NCBI GenBank assembly: GCA_976226885.1
Contig: OZ320313.1
Coordinates: forward strand, 39,370,001 to 39,434,000
Length of the DNA: 64,000 nucleotides
Direction: 5' to 3'
DNA from: Iphione sp. A-MEVVRFRX5
Lineage: Eukaryota
Shown: positions 23,891 through 38,121 of the stretch, in pieces
Layout: every line of letters begins with the position of its first letter
How positions within the stretch are numbered: the stretch's first letter is position 1
The notes under the pieces: model-generated
The model's input: the letters and a program-made list of their open reading frames with translations, nothing else
Told to the model about the DNA's origin: nothing
Database searches by the model: none
Position numbers and translations under genes: made by a program

Positions 23891-23894
<4 letters not shown>

Positions 23895-26273
23895 GAGATG
23901 CGAGACAGGAACAGACCGGAGAAAGAGAAACAATGAGAGATGGGAAGAGAAATGAGTCAGATAAGGATTGGCATTGAGAGAGGTGGGCACAGTGGGTAAG
24001 GCAAAAAGTTATAACATACGCACGTGCGACAGAGAGGATGGAGATGCACTTGGAGAGAAAGCGAAAGAGGAATTTAGAGACACAGAGGGAAAAGAGGACA
24101 GATAGGGAGACGGAGAGAGGTATGTAGTATTATGAAGGAAGGAATGGGGACAGAATTGGGGAACCGAGAGAGATAGAGATAGAAAGGAATAAAGAAAGAG
24201 TAGGACGGAGAGAGGGGGAGAGAGAGGGAGAGAGAGACACACACACAGACACACACAAAGAGCAGTGCATCAGAAAAAAGATATAGGAAATAGGAGGAGG
24301 GACAGAACAGGCGATAGACAAACAAAGCTTATATTAGAGTAAAGTCTATATCCACCCAGGAGCTCCCTGTACTTATTAGTTGGCCCGAACCTTTCAGTTT
24401 TTAGGAAACGTCACATGCAATGCGTGGCTAAATATTATTGTTATTCCTTGTTCTGTCAGTCGGTAAATTCGCGGGCGTTATTCTATTAAGTATGGGCTGG
24501 TGAAAAACCGCAGCACTAACCTTGACCTTTGAAGCTCAGCCGGAAACAGAACCCACAGTATCCTCGAGGTGAAGCCAGCGTTGCACGTTGATTGGTCGAG
24601 CGTACTCGCATCAAACACGACCCCTGCCTGTGCCTGCCAGAACTAATATTGGCAAGTGGTAATGAGGGAAGGTTTAAGGGAGAAGGGTTAAGGGGCGAGG
24701 CTCATATTCGTGAAACATGTCAGCGAGCCTGTTGAAAACTGTTTGGCAAGTGTCCATTGCTTGTTGCTAAAGTTTGGCAGACATGGGCAATTTTCTTTTG
24801 CTCTGTAATCTTGTTCTTGTTTTCCTTGGATACTGGATATGGCGTATATATCTTATAAACTTCCAGACAAGTTCGAAACGTAATAAAACCCTAATTATGT
24901 TATTAAAATGATTTTGAACGTAATCTTAAACCTAAGCCCTCAGGACCGCGCACAGGAGCATTACTTTGAGAAAGCAACATACCTCTGCATGTTTTTTTTT
25001 CTTTGATAGGCTTTTATTTGGGGTTCATTTCAAGGAGTGTCGAGTATAAATATTTCTCTTGTCTCTTGTGGCGCTAAAATGATCCCGGGAGTGAACCATT
25101 AGATAGCGCAAAGGGGTATTCCCCTGCATTGGTTCGCATAACTTCAAAATAACGTTCCGCCGACAATACCTGATATAGTAACGAGTTATGGGATAAAGTG
25201 TGATTGACTTTTAATATAATTATTGGATTCTGCTAACTTAAGATCGTTGTTTTCAGAAACAAGGATGTTTCCTATGATTTTACCGTAAGAAACATTCTGT
25301 ATTGTTCTCACCTGTATCATCTGGGTTTGGCAAGGGTCCAGAACTCTTTTAGAATATTTATATCTGAGGGCCAGACTTTAGAGCCCACCTATAGTTACAC
25401 ACCTTCTTTTAAACCGGTTGCCAGAAATGGGTTAAATTAGATCGGTCAAGCCGTTCCTTCCTATCTCATTATAAAATTAGTTATTTTTGTATATATGACC
25501 CTCACAGAAGTATCTTTCAGAAAGACTTTCTGGACAAAATTATTAAACAATATTTGAATGCTGCAATAAGAAAAATATGCGAAGAAAGCTGCATTCTTTT
25601 TTTCAGTTGGTGTCGTGATATTGTTCCACTTATTCTCTATGCCCCTCTCATCCAACACTATCCTTCCCTGGCCCAATTGAAATATGTCCCTCGGCTAAGT
25701 CTAGATGTCCTGCCGCTAAGTCCATATGTCCCATCACTATGTCATTGCTGGGCACCAAAGAAAATTGGCGCATTTTTTAAAGGCTCTGTCCCATAGCATG
25801 GCCCTTTGTGTAAGCTAGAGAGAGAGTGAGCGAGAGAGAGAGAGCGAGAGAGAGACCGAGAGAGAGTGCGAGAGAGAGGAAGGGAGGGAGAGAGAGGGAG
25901 AGAGAGAGGGAAAGAAAAGAGAAAATGTCTATCAACTATGAGTGCAAGCACTAAAGGTGCTTGTTTAGTAGTAGGATACCTCAGATGTATTTGCGTCACA
26001 GCTTTTTCTTTGATACAGGTAGTACAGGTTATTTGATATTATTTGCGGCAGAGCTGTGCGGCGGTGGAAGTGACATGGCTGTTACCGCTTCGAGCCATAA
26101 AGCCCGGTATTATCAGAGCACTAAAGCTGTGGAGCCCTTGAGTACATGTAAGTTGTCTGTTGGATGCTACTCCCTTTTCCTATGCTAATCTCTTTCCCTA
26201 TATATATATATACTTATACATGTTTATAGGGATATGCAATATACATATAAGTATATATGAGAGACTGAGCTGA

Positions 26274-26731
26274 GGGCTGGTTTCCATAGCCGAGTTAATT
26301 TTTGTTGTGCATTTTGTTATCAGCATCAATAACGACACATGGAAATGTAGAGGGGTCGCCCTTTTGCTATAATTGTATTGTATTATGTTCTTTTTCGGCA
26401 GTTGTCACTTTTTCCTGCTGTTTCCTTTCGCCGTTTCGTTGTGCTCTGTATATTGTGATCCATTAAGTTTTTACGCGGGGGGAGTAAAAATTACACAAAT
26501 GTGTAGTAAATACGTGTACCTCATGAAGAACTGCACAAAAACACATGAAAAGGCACATAACCTCAGCTTTTAGCATCCTTTCCATACTCTTCCCAGCAGC
26601 CTCACAGAAAACTCATGGAAGCCTATAGATACTTCTCTCCATTAGGCTCCATAACAGAAAAATGCATGTAAAACACATATAAACACACACGGATAGCAAA
26701 GACAGGTCAACGCAGCTAGTGAAACCAGCCC
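26274..26731. mobile_element. PIF/Harbinger-type MITE
   Basis: TIRs GGGCTGGTTTCC / GAAACCAGCCC, flanked by TGA and TAA (a 3-bp TSD with one mismatch). Confidence 0.7.
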
Positions 26732-28873
26732 TAATTCAAGGTACTATACAATTTTGTAGGGTCAAGGTTGCGTTAGGTTGGTCACTTAAATTATGGTGTC
26801 TAAAGCTATTCCTTAAGTTTTTCTTGCTTTCATTGGAATTTTGTGAAAGAGGGCACACAATGTTATTGATTTTTCGGTAGTTTTTGTTAACCTTCTTATC
26901 TATTGCCTCAGACTATTCGCCAATCCGAAACCCCATATCAGCCCTGTTTTGTTTTACTGAAATCATTCTTTAGGCCTACCACCATACTTTTCTCACAACT
27001 GCAAGTTTTGCCTCATACTAATTCAAAACTAGTTCCTTACTTTATTACATATATCCCTACCCCATGCATGTACCTAAATCCCAATTTCCATGCATCTGTG
27101 AAGCATGTAATGCCATGAAGTGCTGTGAAATGTCTTGTCTTGTTGCCATGCTGACATGCATCCATGTTGCATGTTCATCTTTTCACATCAGTACTTAACC
27201 ATAGTTCCCATTCTAAATACATATACATGGCCCTGCAAACATGGTGGAAGACAGCATAGTAGGACATGTTCTATTCTGAAACCATGCTATATGGAGACAC
27301 AACAATCTACACGCTTCAAACTTCCATAGGTACACTCCTGTTGTTATTATGTGACCAAATACCATGGTGGTCCAAACATGAACTTACTACACAGAGGCAC
27401 AGGTGCATAGAAATAGGGCCTTATACACCATACACCTTATGCTACTTTTCTATTTCATGCTACTTTCTTGTCCTAAACAGTTATTTTGCCTGTAAACGTA
27501 CTGACTCCTCCATAGCTGATTTTCTGCTATCCTGTACCACATGGTAGGGTGGTAAACGATATCTGTAATAAACAGGTCAAATAACATTCCAATGTTATCT
27601 AAACAAAATGGCGGATGCACGTCGACTTTACTTTTCTACATGGCACTAGGGAGATATTAGATCCCTTTTGTGCAACTAAGACAAAAAAATACTGAAATTT
27701 GAAAGTAACAGACCTTTCTGACGTGTATAGAGGTCATTTTGAGACATTTATGTACATTCGAAGGTTTTTGGTTCAGTGCAAAACTCATTCTCATTGATTG
27801 CCCGCCACTCCGTCGGCGGTATTCACTGCCATTGATGAATATTACTTTTCCTATACTACTAGCCTCCCCTATACCACTGACACGCTTTTTTTGTCATCTA
27901 GTTCCCAAGACAGTACCCTACTTACTTCCTATGAAACTCCTTCGCCTGTTTCCTTTTAAAACAAATACATATATATATACTTTCTAAAAGTTTATACTTT
28001 CTTTCTACCTATCTTCGCATAGGTTCACCTCCATATACAATCGTATTGGCTCTTCTTTGAAGGTCTCCTCCATATTTACGTTCACCATCCAAACTTTCCT
28101 TCCCATCCCCATTTCCTAACAATCCCTTGTCACACAGATTCCTTTAACCCCCTCCCACCACCTTCTCCTCCCTACGACCTATTGACCCCTGACTCCTCCC
28201 CACCAGACCCCTGGCGGCCATGTTGTCTTTGGCAACCACCGGAAATTATCCTCTCCACTCGTCGACCGCCGACCGTCGACCATCCGGAAGGATGCGCGCG
28301 CACCGCCTGTATCATGTGATCTTAAAGGAACGCTAACATAGTCACGTGATGAGTTGTACAATTTGTTTGATTTTTTCCTTTATTTTCCTACTTTTTTCGA
28401 TCAAAGGATTGATTTAACACGGGGGAAAAGATACTCAAGAAAGCTATTGGAAGGCTACTATTGGAGGCTACTTTAAACATACTGTTGGGACCATATACAT
28501 GTAATTTATCCCTGCCTCTTCTCTTTTCCCTTTTGAAATCTCACCCTTTATTCTTTTTTAGTCTTCAGCAATTCTTTTTCGTCCCTCTCAACTCTCTCTT
28601 CTGCTGTCCCTGTCCTCCGTCTGCATGTGGTTTGAATACAGAACTCACTTGCTCTTCTTTTCTGTTTCTCTATCTTCATTCTGCCAATCTTCTGCCTCCC
28701 CTGCAGAAATTTGGAAGTTTTCATGGTACACACACACGCAGAGTGCTCGCGTGACGTCACAGCACCTTTTCATCTTATGACCAAATATCATCATTATCGA
28801 TCATCAGTCGACGGTAAACGACCGACAGTTATTCACTCCAAACGGAACGAACAGTTTCAAACACCGAACGCTT

Positions 28874-28877
<4 letters not shown>

Positions 28878-28927
<50 letters not shown>

Positions 28928-28935
28928 ACACACAC
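28878..28935. repeat. (CA)n microsatellite
   Basis: Direct reading. Confidence 0.93.
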
Positions 28936-29740
28936 GCATACGTAGACAAGGCATAGATCGAAGTTGCAAGACGAAGCTGAGGGTCACGTGTGCGAGACAT
29001 CACGTTCGCGTGACGAGCGTGACATCATCATGCGTTTTTGGGTTGTCACTCGCGCTATTTACTGTTGTTTTCCTTCCATTTGCACTGTCTCTCGTCCCTG
29101 CCATGAACGCGACACTACACGAAAAACACCCGCACCGGGAGAACTGATTTTTTTTAATGAATTCGTTGTTTGAGAGGTGAACGTGTGCAGTGGGAAAGTT
29201 ACGGCGGGAATTTAGTAGTGATGTATGCACAACAAAACTGATAGATGAGAGTTGGAGAGAGACATAGTAACAAACATGGTGGCCAGTAAGAGAAACAGGT
29301 ACAAGGACAGGGGGGAGAAAATGAAATCATCAAATAATAGTATATTGGTTTCATAATACAAGAAACGAATAATGTACATTTGACATGTATTTGTTGAAAT
29401 TTCTAGATAATGCAACAATTTTCTCCCATTGAGATTTTACATAGGCCTAACAGATAACACGCTAATCTGAAAGACCACGTGGCCAGAGAGGCGGGAACAG
29501 CCGGTATTGTTATGTGTTACTTGGATAGGACTCTGCAAAAAGCGGTGTCTCTTTTCTCGGTTTGACGCCTGTTGTTTGTTTTCATTAACTCTGGCGGCGA
29601 CTGTTGCGTGCAATGGCGACAGGCCCCCTGTGAACAAGAAAAACGACCTGAAAGCCACCAACGTGTTGAAACGCCTCGTTTAGATATTTTTAACGCTTGC
29701 TCACGCGCTTGTCTGTAAGTACACGCTCAGTGCCACTCAT

Positions 29741-29745
<5 letters not shown>

Positions 29746-29798
<53 letters not shown>
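29746..29798. repeat. (CT)n microsatellite
   Basis: Direct reading. Confidence 0.93.
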
Positions 29799-29801
<3 letters not shown>

Positions 29802-31027
29802 CTCTCTCTCTCTTTCTCCCCCCTTTCTCATCACCATTAGATTCCTTACTTTTGATTCTCTATGTATGACTTCCATTCTACTCGTTTGAAGAGTTTGCCG
29901 TACTCTACATAAACACCAATGTTATGTTCTGTTGAGTTCAACGAAGCCCTCTGCCACCTCTGTCTATTTATGTGTCTGTTTCCCCATCTCCATTACTCTT
30001 TTTCTGTGTGCCTCTTCTTCCCTGCTCTCGACCTAAACCTCTGTACATCCCTCTATTACTCGGTTTGTCTCGCCCTTTTCGCCTTTCTACCTTCTTCTAC
30101 CGCATCCTGTCCATCGTTATTTTGATAGAACTCTCCTATGCCTCTCTCCGTCTGAGAGTCTTTGTATTCTGACATTTTCCTTCCTTTCGACTTCAATGCC
30201 TGTCCCCCTTATCACTTTCATCACAATTTCGCACCTCTTTCTCCCCTACATTCCCTTTCTCGCTCTCTCTGCCTCTCCCCTCTCTATCACATACGCAAGC
30301 TGTATTCGCGTACACCTTTTGTCTCGCCATAAGCTGTTCAACCAGATGCCAGCCTCTCTACTTGTAAGCGAATTTGTCCCTGACGTTGAATTTCTGCGCA
30401 GAGCCTCGCCTCCCCAAGAGGCTCGTTATCAGCAGGCCAACTTTTTTCTGCAGCCACATTACATAGAAATCGATGACGTCACAAGAACATGAGTGGCGGT
30501 TGGGGCCGGTGTCAAGAAGCCGGTGTTTTACAACATGGGCGGGCAAAGTCTCGCTGACGGCGCAAGAAAAGCGCGAGAAAGCACGCGAATTACCGTCGCA
30601 TGACAGTTATTTCAATCAGCAGTTTTTCCTCACGCCTTCGCGAGGAGTGCGTTTGATTGGCATGCGCAACACATAATCAACACGACGCAGCGGCCACAAG
30701 TGTCGCCGGGTGGTGGTGCTGCGATCGATGGGTGATTTTCTCGTCTTTTCTCGTTGATGACATATAGAGTGAGGCGAGAGTGGCAAGATCGACAGAGAGG
30801 GAGAGAGAGGCGGCCATTTAGAGTAGGGACCACCGTAAGAGAGCAGTAAAGAATGAAAGCGCGTCACCTTTGAAGAGGAAGATTGTAACCATCATACTAA
30901 AAGGTGCCAACGACCACGAAAGATCTGAACAGCAAAGAGAGAGAAGGAGATGGAAACCTTTAAAGAAGAGGGAACTGCTTGCAAGAGAGTGAGTAGAAGA
31001 GAAGGATTGTAAAAGACAGATTAGTGA

Positions 31028-31029
<2 letters not shown>

Positions 31030-31068
<39 letters not shown>

Positions 31069-31673
31069 CTAACAGACAGAAGGGAGAATGGATTTGGTAA
31101 AAAAAGTGTAAAAATAGGGGATTATATAAGGCGAAATGCAAATAGAGAGAAAGCGAGGCGCAAGGAGCAACGGAGGTGGAGGGCGCTGTATCGAGAGAGG
31201 GACGGCAAGCGAGAAACAGGGGATATAGAAAGAACGGATGGACCACAGTAAATCGAAAGGAAAGTAGTTGCGTCCACTTGTGGCCGACCAGTGCTGGCTG
31301 TAAACTGCCAGTCATCCAGGCGATAATAGAGGCGACAGAGCACTGGAATATGGCTTTTTACGAAACTCGGACCGACTGACGGCAGATGTGTGGACCGCAA
31401 AGGACGTTGGCAGAAGTGTGCAACTGGGCGGGTAGAGTGGCAGTTAGTGACAGAGTTATTATGGAATAGTTTCTGCGGGTGTAGACGAATCAATGAATAC
31501 TTGCAGAAAAGGAGAAAGAGGGAGGGCCAGATAAAGAGTGAAAGGGAGAGACAGGGAGAGAAGTAGTAGGAGAGAAGGAAAAAAGTGAAAGAGAGGGTAA
31601 AAGGAGGCAGAGACGGGAAGAAAATTAAAGGCATATACTGATAGAGGAGGTAGGAGGCAATGAATGGGAAAAC

Positions 31674-31724
<51 letters not shown>
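31030..31724. repeat. Two (GA)n / (GATA)n(GA)n microsatellites (31030..31064 and about 31675..31724) flanking a GC-rich island
   Basis: Direct reading. Confidence 0.85.
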
Positions 31725-31729
<5 letters not shown>

Positions 31730-33605
31730 CAGAGAGATAGACAGGGAAAGACAAGCACGCGTGTATAAATATTTTCTTCCAGTTTTCAAGAAGCTAAAAA
31801 ATCATTTCTAAGTCGAAGCAACTCAATTAAAAGGATCCTTGTGCTCGAATACTATGGAGTTATTATAGGCAAATGAGAAGTAATGAGTATTTCCATCTCA
31901 ACATGAACAGAACATAGGAAATAAATACTTTTCGAATCAGTTTTCAACTAAAAGTAAGAAAGATGTCTGCATTTGGTTTGTTTACATTCTAACATATAAA
32001 TTTGACCGGGCTGAGTCGCCTGACCAATGCACTCGCTTGGTAATGGAAAGAGATACGGTCTGACCAGCCAGCCATATGAAACCGCAGCTTCAGAAGTTCC
32101 TCTAGACCATACTGCCCCTTTCTCCAATATTTATTTATTTCCTGTTTTTTATTATCATAAAATTCCTCCCAAGCGCCCCCCTCCTCTGACGGTCTTTCTG
32201 TCATCTCTATGGCCGACGCCTCTCGCCATCATTTTGTGACTCTAACCAGTGAGTATCCCCTTCCCTCCTACCGTCTTTCTGCCTGCATGTCTTTCTGTCT
32301 GTCTATCTCACTGTCCTTTTTTTGGTCTCTATCAGTCATTTTTTTCTTACCCGTAGCCTCTCACTGTCAACAGCGGGAGAGGCTCTCTCTTCAGCCTGTT
32401 ACGCCCCCTGGCAGTAGCATCCGTCATGAGCCGCCGTGTTTAACATGCACTCCGCCTGACCCCGGTCCGTCCCGCGTCTGGTCCTCATTCAATCATCTCC
32501 TATTTACACAAGTATCAATCACATGGGTAACAAAAAGCACACACCCCACCATCTCCCACAATGACCCACCCACCGCCCGCCCCCGACTCCTCCATACACA
32601 ACGCAGACCAGCCTCCCTACCCTACCATCAGTACCGTCCCCTCCCACCCAGTCGGTGGGCGAACAAAAAAGTTGCTCTTCCCACCGGCCCACCATGATGG
32701 CTAGCCTCGTTCTCGAGCTGTCGGGATGCGCGTGCACGCCTCGGACTGAGTCACGTGACTGGACAATGATGCTGGATGGTAGCGCCTCGTTGACGATCCG
32801 GCAGAATCCTCTGGTGGAGGGGGTGAGGTAGGCGAGGGGATAGAGGTTGCTATCAACGTTCCGTATGGAAGAATATGGACGGGTGGAGGGGACTCTTCAT
32901 TCCGGCGACCTCCAGCCTCTTGTGTCCCTCCTTCTAGTTCCTCTGCCTGATGCTCTCTCGCGTGCACCAAGGCATGTATGAGCCTTCCCCCCCTTCTCTT
33001 TTGGTCTAGTCGACCCTCCCCGTCTCCCTTATTTCTCTCCATCCTCCACCCTCGTCCTCTTTCTAGAACTGTGACTTTATCTTTATTCTCTTGATATGTA
33101 TCTCCTCTTCTCTGGTTCCCTCGTTTTGTCTTTCCTCTCTCATGTAGCCTCCAAATCATTAGAATGCTTCTCTCTTCCTCACACCGCTGACTTTGATATC
33201 CTCGCCTCTCTCTTCCCTCCAACCTCTTCGGTACATTGTTGATCCCTTTCTTTCTCTCCCGCATTTTTCTTTCATTTGCGCTCACCATCCCTCCTCCTCA
33301 GTGTCTTCTTTCTCTCCATCTCGGATTATGTTCTCTAAAGTAGGCACATCATAATCGAATCGAAAAAAAACTCAGATTCTAAAAAGATGTTTCCATCAGT
33401 GTGTTTTTCTCCTTGGTGTACACTTACTAAAAGGAGTGCTTGAACTTTGTTTTGGCAACTGCTTGAACTATAATCACTAATACTCCAGGCCAATGATACG
33501 CCCTTTGGCTGACACGTTCCTAGACCATTACACTACGGCTATATAATATGAGGAATCGCTATATGATATGAAGAATCGAGACAATCGGAGGAAAAAACTG
33601 GACTG

Positions 33606-33730
33606 GTCACCATAGCAACTGTTAACCTGAGACAAGATGGCCAATCAAGTGCATGATGGCCAATTGGTAGTCGCCGAGAAGTCTGGAAAACGTCTATAAA
33701 AGAAAGGATCCACTCGAAGGTCCGAGGCCT
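33606..33730 (+). promoter_or_regulatory. Orphan TATA/CCAAT/X-box promoter-like module
   Basis: RFX X-box-like GTCACCATAGCAAC at 33606..33619, GATGGCCAAT twice (CCAAT at 33641 and 33660), TATAAAA at 33695..33701. Confidence 0.45.
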
Positions 33731-34199
33731 TTTCTAACATCTAACACTGCTCCATCCCACTGCGCCATCCTAAGCGGAACGATTTAGTACCACAGTGAAC
33801 CCCCAAAGAGTTAAAAGTGTACTACAAACTCCCTCCCATTTCTAGTATACCTTGCCTCCCTCTCGCCTACCACCACAGCCTCGTTTTCAAAAGTCCATCC
33901 CACACCACGCGACCGTTAGAGGAGCATTTTAGCCCTTTTATGGCCCACCCACTGTCACTCATTGCGCATGTCACGAACCGTTGCCACATCGATCTCTGTG
34001 ATTGCGCGACGCGAATTTCCTCACCTCCCGCGCGAAAGAGCTCTAACGAGGTGCAACAGCCGCATATGGCTCTAAAAAACCAGCCCACGGCAGAACCATG
34101 TTAGGGATTGTGTGCCTGTGTACGTACTTGTGTCCTGCTGCGCGCGTGTGTATGCGTGTGTATGAATATTAGTGTCGAGAATAGCGTAACTATTGCGAG

Positions 34200-34263
34200 A
34201 GAACCAAAAGAGGAGAACCAAAACGTTAGAACCAATGTTGGAGAACCAAAATTGAAGAACTAG
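34200..34263. repeat. 14-bp-period minisatellite (AGAACCAA core, 5 copies)
   Basis: Core at 34200, 34214, 34228, 34242 and 34256. Confidence 0.8.
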
Positions 34264-35489
34264 AATGGGCAACCAGAGCTAATAGATCGCAAGAAGGTAT
34301 AGAAAAATAATAAGAACAGATGTCTTTTATGAATTATGTAGGCCTATCTACAAATTTGAATAAACGGTACCGTTTATTTGCTTATGCATTACATTTACCA
34401 ATATAAAATCCATCATTCTGTGATTATAAGTGCGATATGTGGTATGGATTATGTGTAACTATACGATATTACATGGCTACATGATACGTAAAGATGTTAT
34501 CAAGGTGCAGTTCATAGGGCCAACATTGTAGGCTCAAAGCATTAGCTCAATTACTCCATTATGATACAATATTGATTAAAATGTTGTTTCCCGCAGTATC
34601 GTTCTCTCTAACATTGCAGCCAGTGATATCAGTATGCATGTTTCTTCTCTAATATATTTTGCAGTCAGACCAAAATCTGACCATGATGCCAAATTCATTT
34701 AATGTTTAATATTGCATATAACAATATAAAATCCACAAATATAGGGTTGTAATGGCCCAGAAAACCAAACATTTTATCGAAAACCCTAATCACTATATAA
34801 AATGTATATATATCTGTATCTATATCTTCCCGACATCAGCTTAGTATATTGCATGACTCCGGCCTTCCAATGATTGTGCATGCGTGAGGACAGGTGGCTG
34901 CGCCTAGCAGGGTGCCACTCCAACAGGCCTGCCAACCTGTGGTTCCCTCCAGGGTCACCATCCCCCGCCCATCCTTGTCGTTTGCCAGGTAACACATCTG
35001 TGTAAGTTAGATGGGATTAACAGATAGCCAACCAACTGAAAACAGTGTATGACGAAAGAGAAGTGGAAATATTTTTTTCCTCTTTAAAAATAACCCAGAA
35101 TGTAAATGGTTCACTCGACTTTTCAGGAACAGCCACAAAAATGTATTGAAAATTTGAGGGAAGTCAGTGGATCTACTGTGATAAAGATATTCATTTTATT
35201 TCATTGTATCTTTTACCAGGAATATATTCGCCTATCATACAACAGGGATCTTCCATATCCTCCTGGGGTAGCATACTGCCATCTATTGTTGAGAATTGAG
35301 AGACCAGAATACCTGGGGTTGTACCCTACTCTTATTTCGAATAGGTTTCTGGGGTCTTTTTGTGCATAGGGGACAGAATTCTATACACCCATGGCCTTTT
35401 TACGAGTTCTGGACCACTATGGGTTGGGGCTACAGTATATTCATAAATTAGGTCTTATGAATGCATAGGACAGGCCAATAAGCCAGACG

Positions 35490-35492
35490 TAG

Positions 35493-35542
<50 letters not shown>
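35490..35542. repeat. (GATA)n(GA)n compound microsatellite
   Basis: Direct reading. Confidence 0.9.
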
Positions 35543-35546
<4 letters not shown>

Positions 35547-36339
35547 GTTTTACTTTCCAAATCGAATGGATATTACATGTATATGAATTATTACGAAGAT
35601 ACATTCTTCTCGACAACAGGGCCTTCGTGTAGATAATTAACTGTTTTTATGAGGACTTAATACCTCGACATAGGAAACGTTATGCTCCCATACACAATAC
35701 AATATATTATATTTCTACAAGTAAGATTGCTAAGATATTACACTTGCTGATTTTGGTCGCATTTCTCTCTATTTGAAATCACCCCTTAGTTATTACAGTT
35801 TTTTTTTAAATTTTAGTTACACTGGAGGGATTGAGTCAGTCAGAAAGTGAGCGATAGACATAGTACGTAGGGAGGAAGGAGAAGTCTACAGTTTCCTCTC
35901 TATTCGTTAAAGATCAACTTTTCTCTAACCATGTGCTCGACCTATCTGTCACAATCCACATATACACGGAGACTCTCTTCCAACGTTTTTTAACAGGTGG
36001 TTTTAATATTACGTGCTCCTTGGCACCCAACTAGTGATTGGTGTGAATACAAAACTAATCTGCCTTGGTACATAATCAAGCGGGACAAATGCGGATTTAA
36101 TTGTCAAAACACACACACTGTTATATAATCAAAGCTACGAATCAAACTGAAATCTACGATTATTCGGAGACATATCCTGAGTCTTTGGATTATGTATATA
36201 GCGAAAGAATCTGATTGTGTACATGTACCTGTTATCCATAGGGGATTTCTAAAGCTTCCCCGCGCTATCAGTGGGAATCATCTGAAAGTCACTACTTAAC
36301 GGGAATCAGTGTCACGGGCGTCTGTGGTGGGCTAGGATA

Positions 36340-36480
36340 GGGGCTCGCGCAGAGATTGGGAGGCGCGAGGGTTGAGGGGCGGGGGTGGAGCAGTAGCAGA
36401 TGCACGTCGATGTTAAGTGAGATGTCACTGCGCATGCGTATGAAGCTTTCCGACAGTGACTACAGATGTCGCGCGTAACT
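36340..36480. promoter_or_regulatory. Housekeeping-type promoter-like CpG island
   Basis: GATTGG (reverse CCAAT), GC box GGGGCGGGG at about 36376, NRF1-type TGCGCATGCG at 36429..36438. Confidence 0.4.
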
Positions 36481-36757
36481 CGATCGCCGTTTCCTGCCGT
36501 GTGCGCGAGTCCGGCAGTGTCAACAGATTGCGGGGAGGCCGAGTGCCGTCCCCCTGCGGTGTAACACTAGCCCAACATGCTGATAATCCTCCCTGCCTGG
36601 GCCTTTTTCTAATCGCCCGTCGGAAGGCCCTGTCCTGCCTCCCATGCTATTAACGCTAATTTAGTGTGAACCTTGACTAGCGAGGAGAATGGGTGAATTA
36701 GTTAGCCCTATAGCTAAGCTCACACGGCAAGGCTACCCGACGGGCCTTGTTTCTATA

Positions 36758-36810
36758 AACTAACTAACATAACTAACTATAACTAACTAACTATATAACT
36801 AACTAACTAG
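36758..36810. repeat. Degenerate (TAAC)n repeat
   Basis: Direct reading. Confidence 0.8.
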
Positions 36811-37949
36811 CTTATTAACTCACTACAGGTAACTTGCCCCCTCCCCCTTCCCCTCTTCCCGCCTCTTTATTCTCCCCTCTACGGCCGTGGCTTCTGGTTG
36901 GTAGCAGAAGTTAGTAAAGAACAACTTTATTGTTGAATCCAAGGTCAACGAGAACCTATGATACGTCAAAACTAACAATGCCCTTGAAGCCATAGCCTTC
37001 TGTTTTGATAAAGCTGTCCTCGTCTAGGGTATACACAACTAATTGATACTACTTCCTATACTGGATATTTTTTGCATACATGTACAATACGTTTCATCAC
37101 ATGGGGATACATTTGACCTTGACAAAGATACGTTTTTGACCAGTTACACATATATCCATACAAAAGCTACACAAGTGTATCTGAAAGCATAGCTACCCTC
37201 TTTGGACTCTATAAGTTAATGACTTGCATATGCTATAGAAGTTTATGAGCTACACATCCGTTTATGTAGCAAATGTGTCCTGGATGGATTTAGAGAAATG
37301 CAAATGGATGCGTTTGCATATCTATGTGTGTATATGAAACCCCCAATAAGTTTCAGTGCACCAATACATTATTGTTACATGTCTCTTAGGCTTGGATGAA
37401 TGATTGTTCATGAAATAAAGAATGTCCACACGAAATCTGAGTTCAGCATTGCATGTCTTGAGTGCAGTGAGAGACTAACCTTTTATTCAGAAAGTAGGTC
37501 CCTTATACAAAGTCTTGTCCTAAGAGTGGCTATGTGATGCAATCAATCAACTAATTTTAGCAATAGTTAACAATTTTTGATTACTAATTTATGGTTCAAG
37601 TCAGAGTTCTTCCAGTTCAAGTAGGTACATCTGCAGATTGCCATGAGCCCTGCTTTTTTGTGTCTTGAGCCGGTGTAGTTCTGACTCAAGACATAAAGTT
37701 TCAGTTTAACATCTTAGCGAGGTACAGTTCTCAAGTATTGAAAGCCCAATGTTCCGGGTTGAGACCAAACCACTACAATATGCTAATGGATGTGAAAGTG
37801 AAATAAGGATACATGTGAAACTGACCTTACATGGAATGTCTACTGTGTCCAAGGTATGTTTCGGCTGCTCATACAGAACTACACAACAGGGGCTTCTGGG
37901 GGTCCGGCGGCCCCCGTTTGATGTGATTTTAGCTGAATTTCTTAAGAAT

Positions 37950-38121
37950 TGTCCCGCGACACTTGCCGTCTGCAGGGAGGCGCCCCCCAATTTTTAGCGT
38001 CCGCATTGGAGACGTCAGCTCATAATGGTTAACTATAGGAAAACAGTTCGTTCTGCGTCAAATCGTCCACATTTGAGACGCGTCCGCATTGGAGACGCGT
38101 GCGCAGGCAGGGAGGGTACTG
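37950..38121. mobile_element. Fragment of a Tc1/pogo-type MITE
   Basis: Shares GTTCTGCGTCAAATCGTCCACATTT with 48769..49207 and ends ...GTACTG|TA. Confidence 0.55.

Noticed and set aside
31122-33288. Long ORFs 31122..31754, 32209..32697 and 32701..33288
   Set aside because: They arise from GA/CT tracts, which lack stop codons; products are F/L/S- or R/E/G-rich with no motifs.
36424-36460. GTCACTG...CAGTGAC hairpin as a pre-miRNA
   Set aside because: The stem is only 7 bp and no known mature miRNA sequence was recognised.
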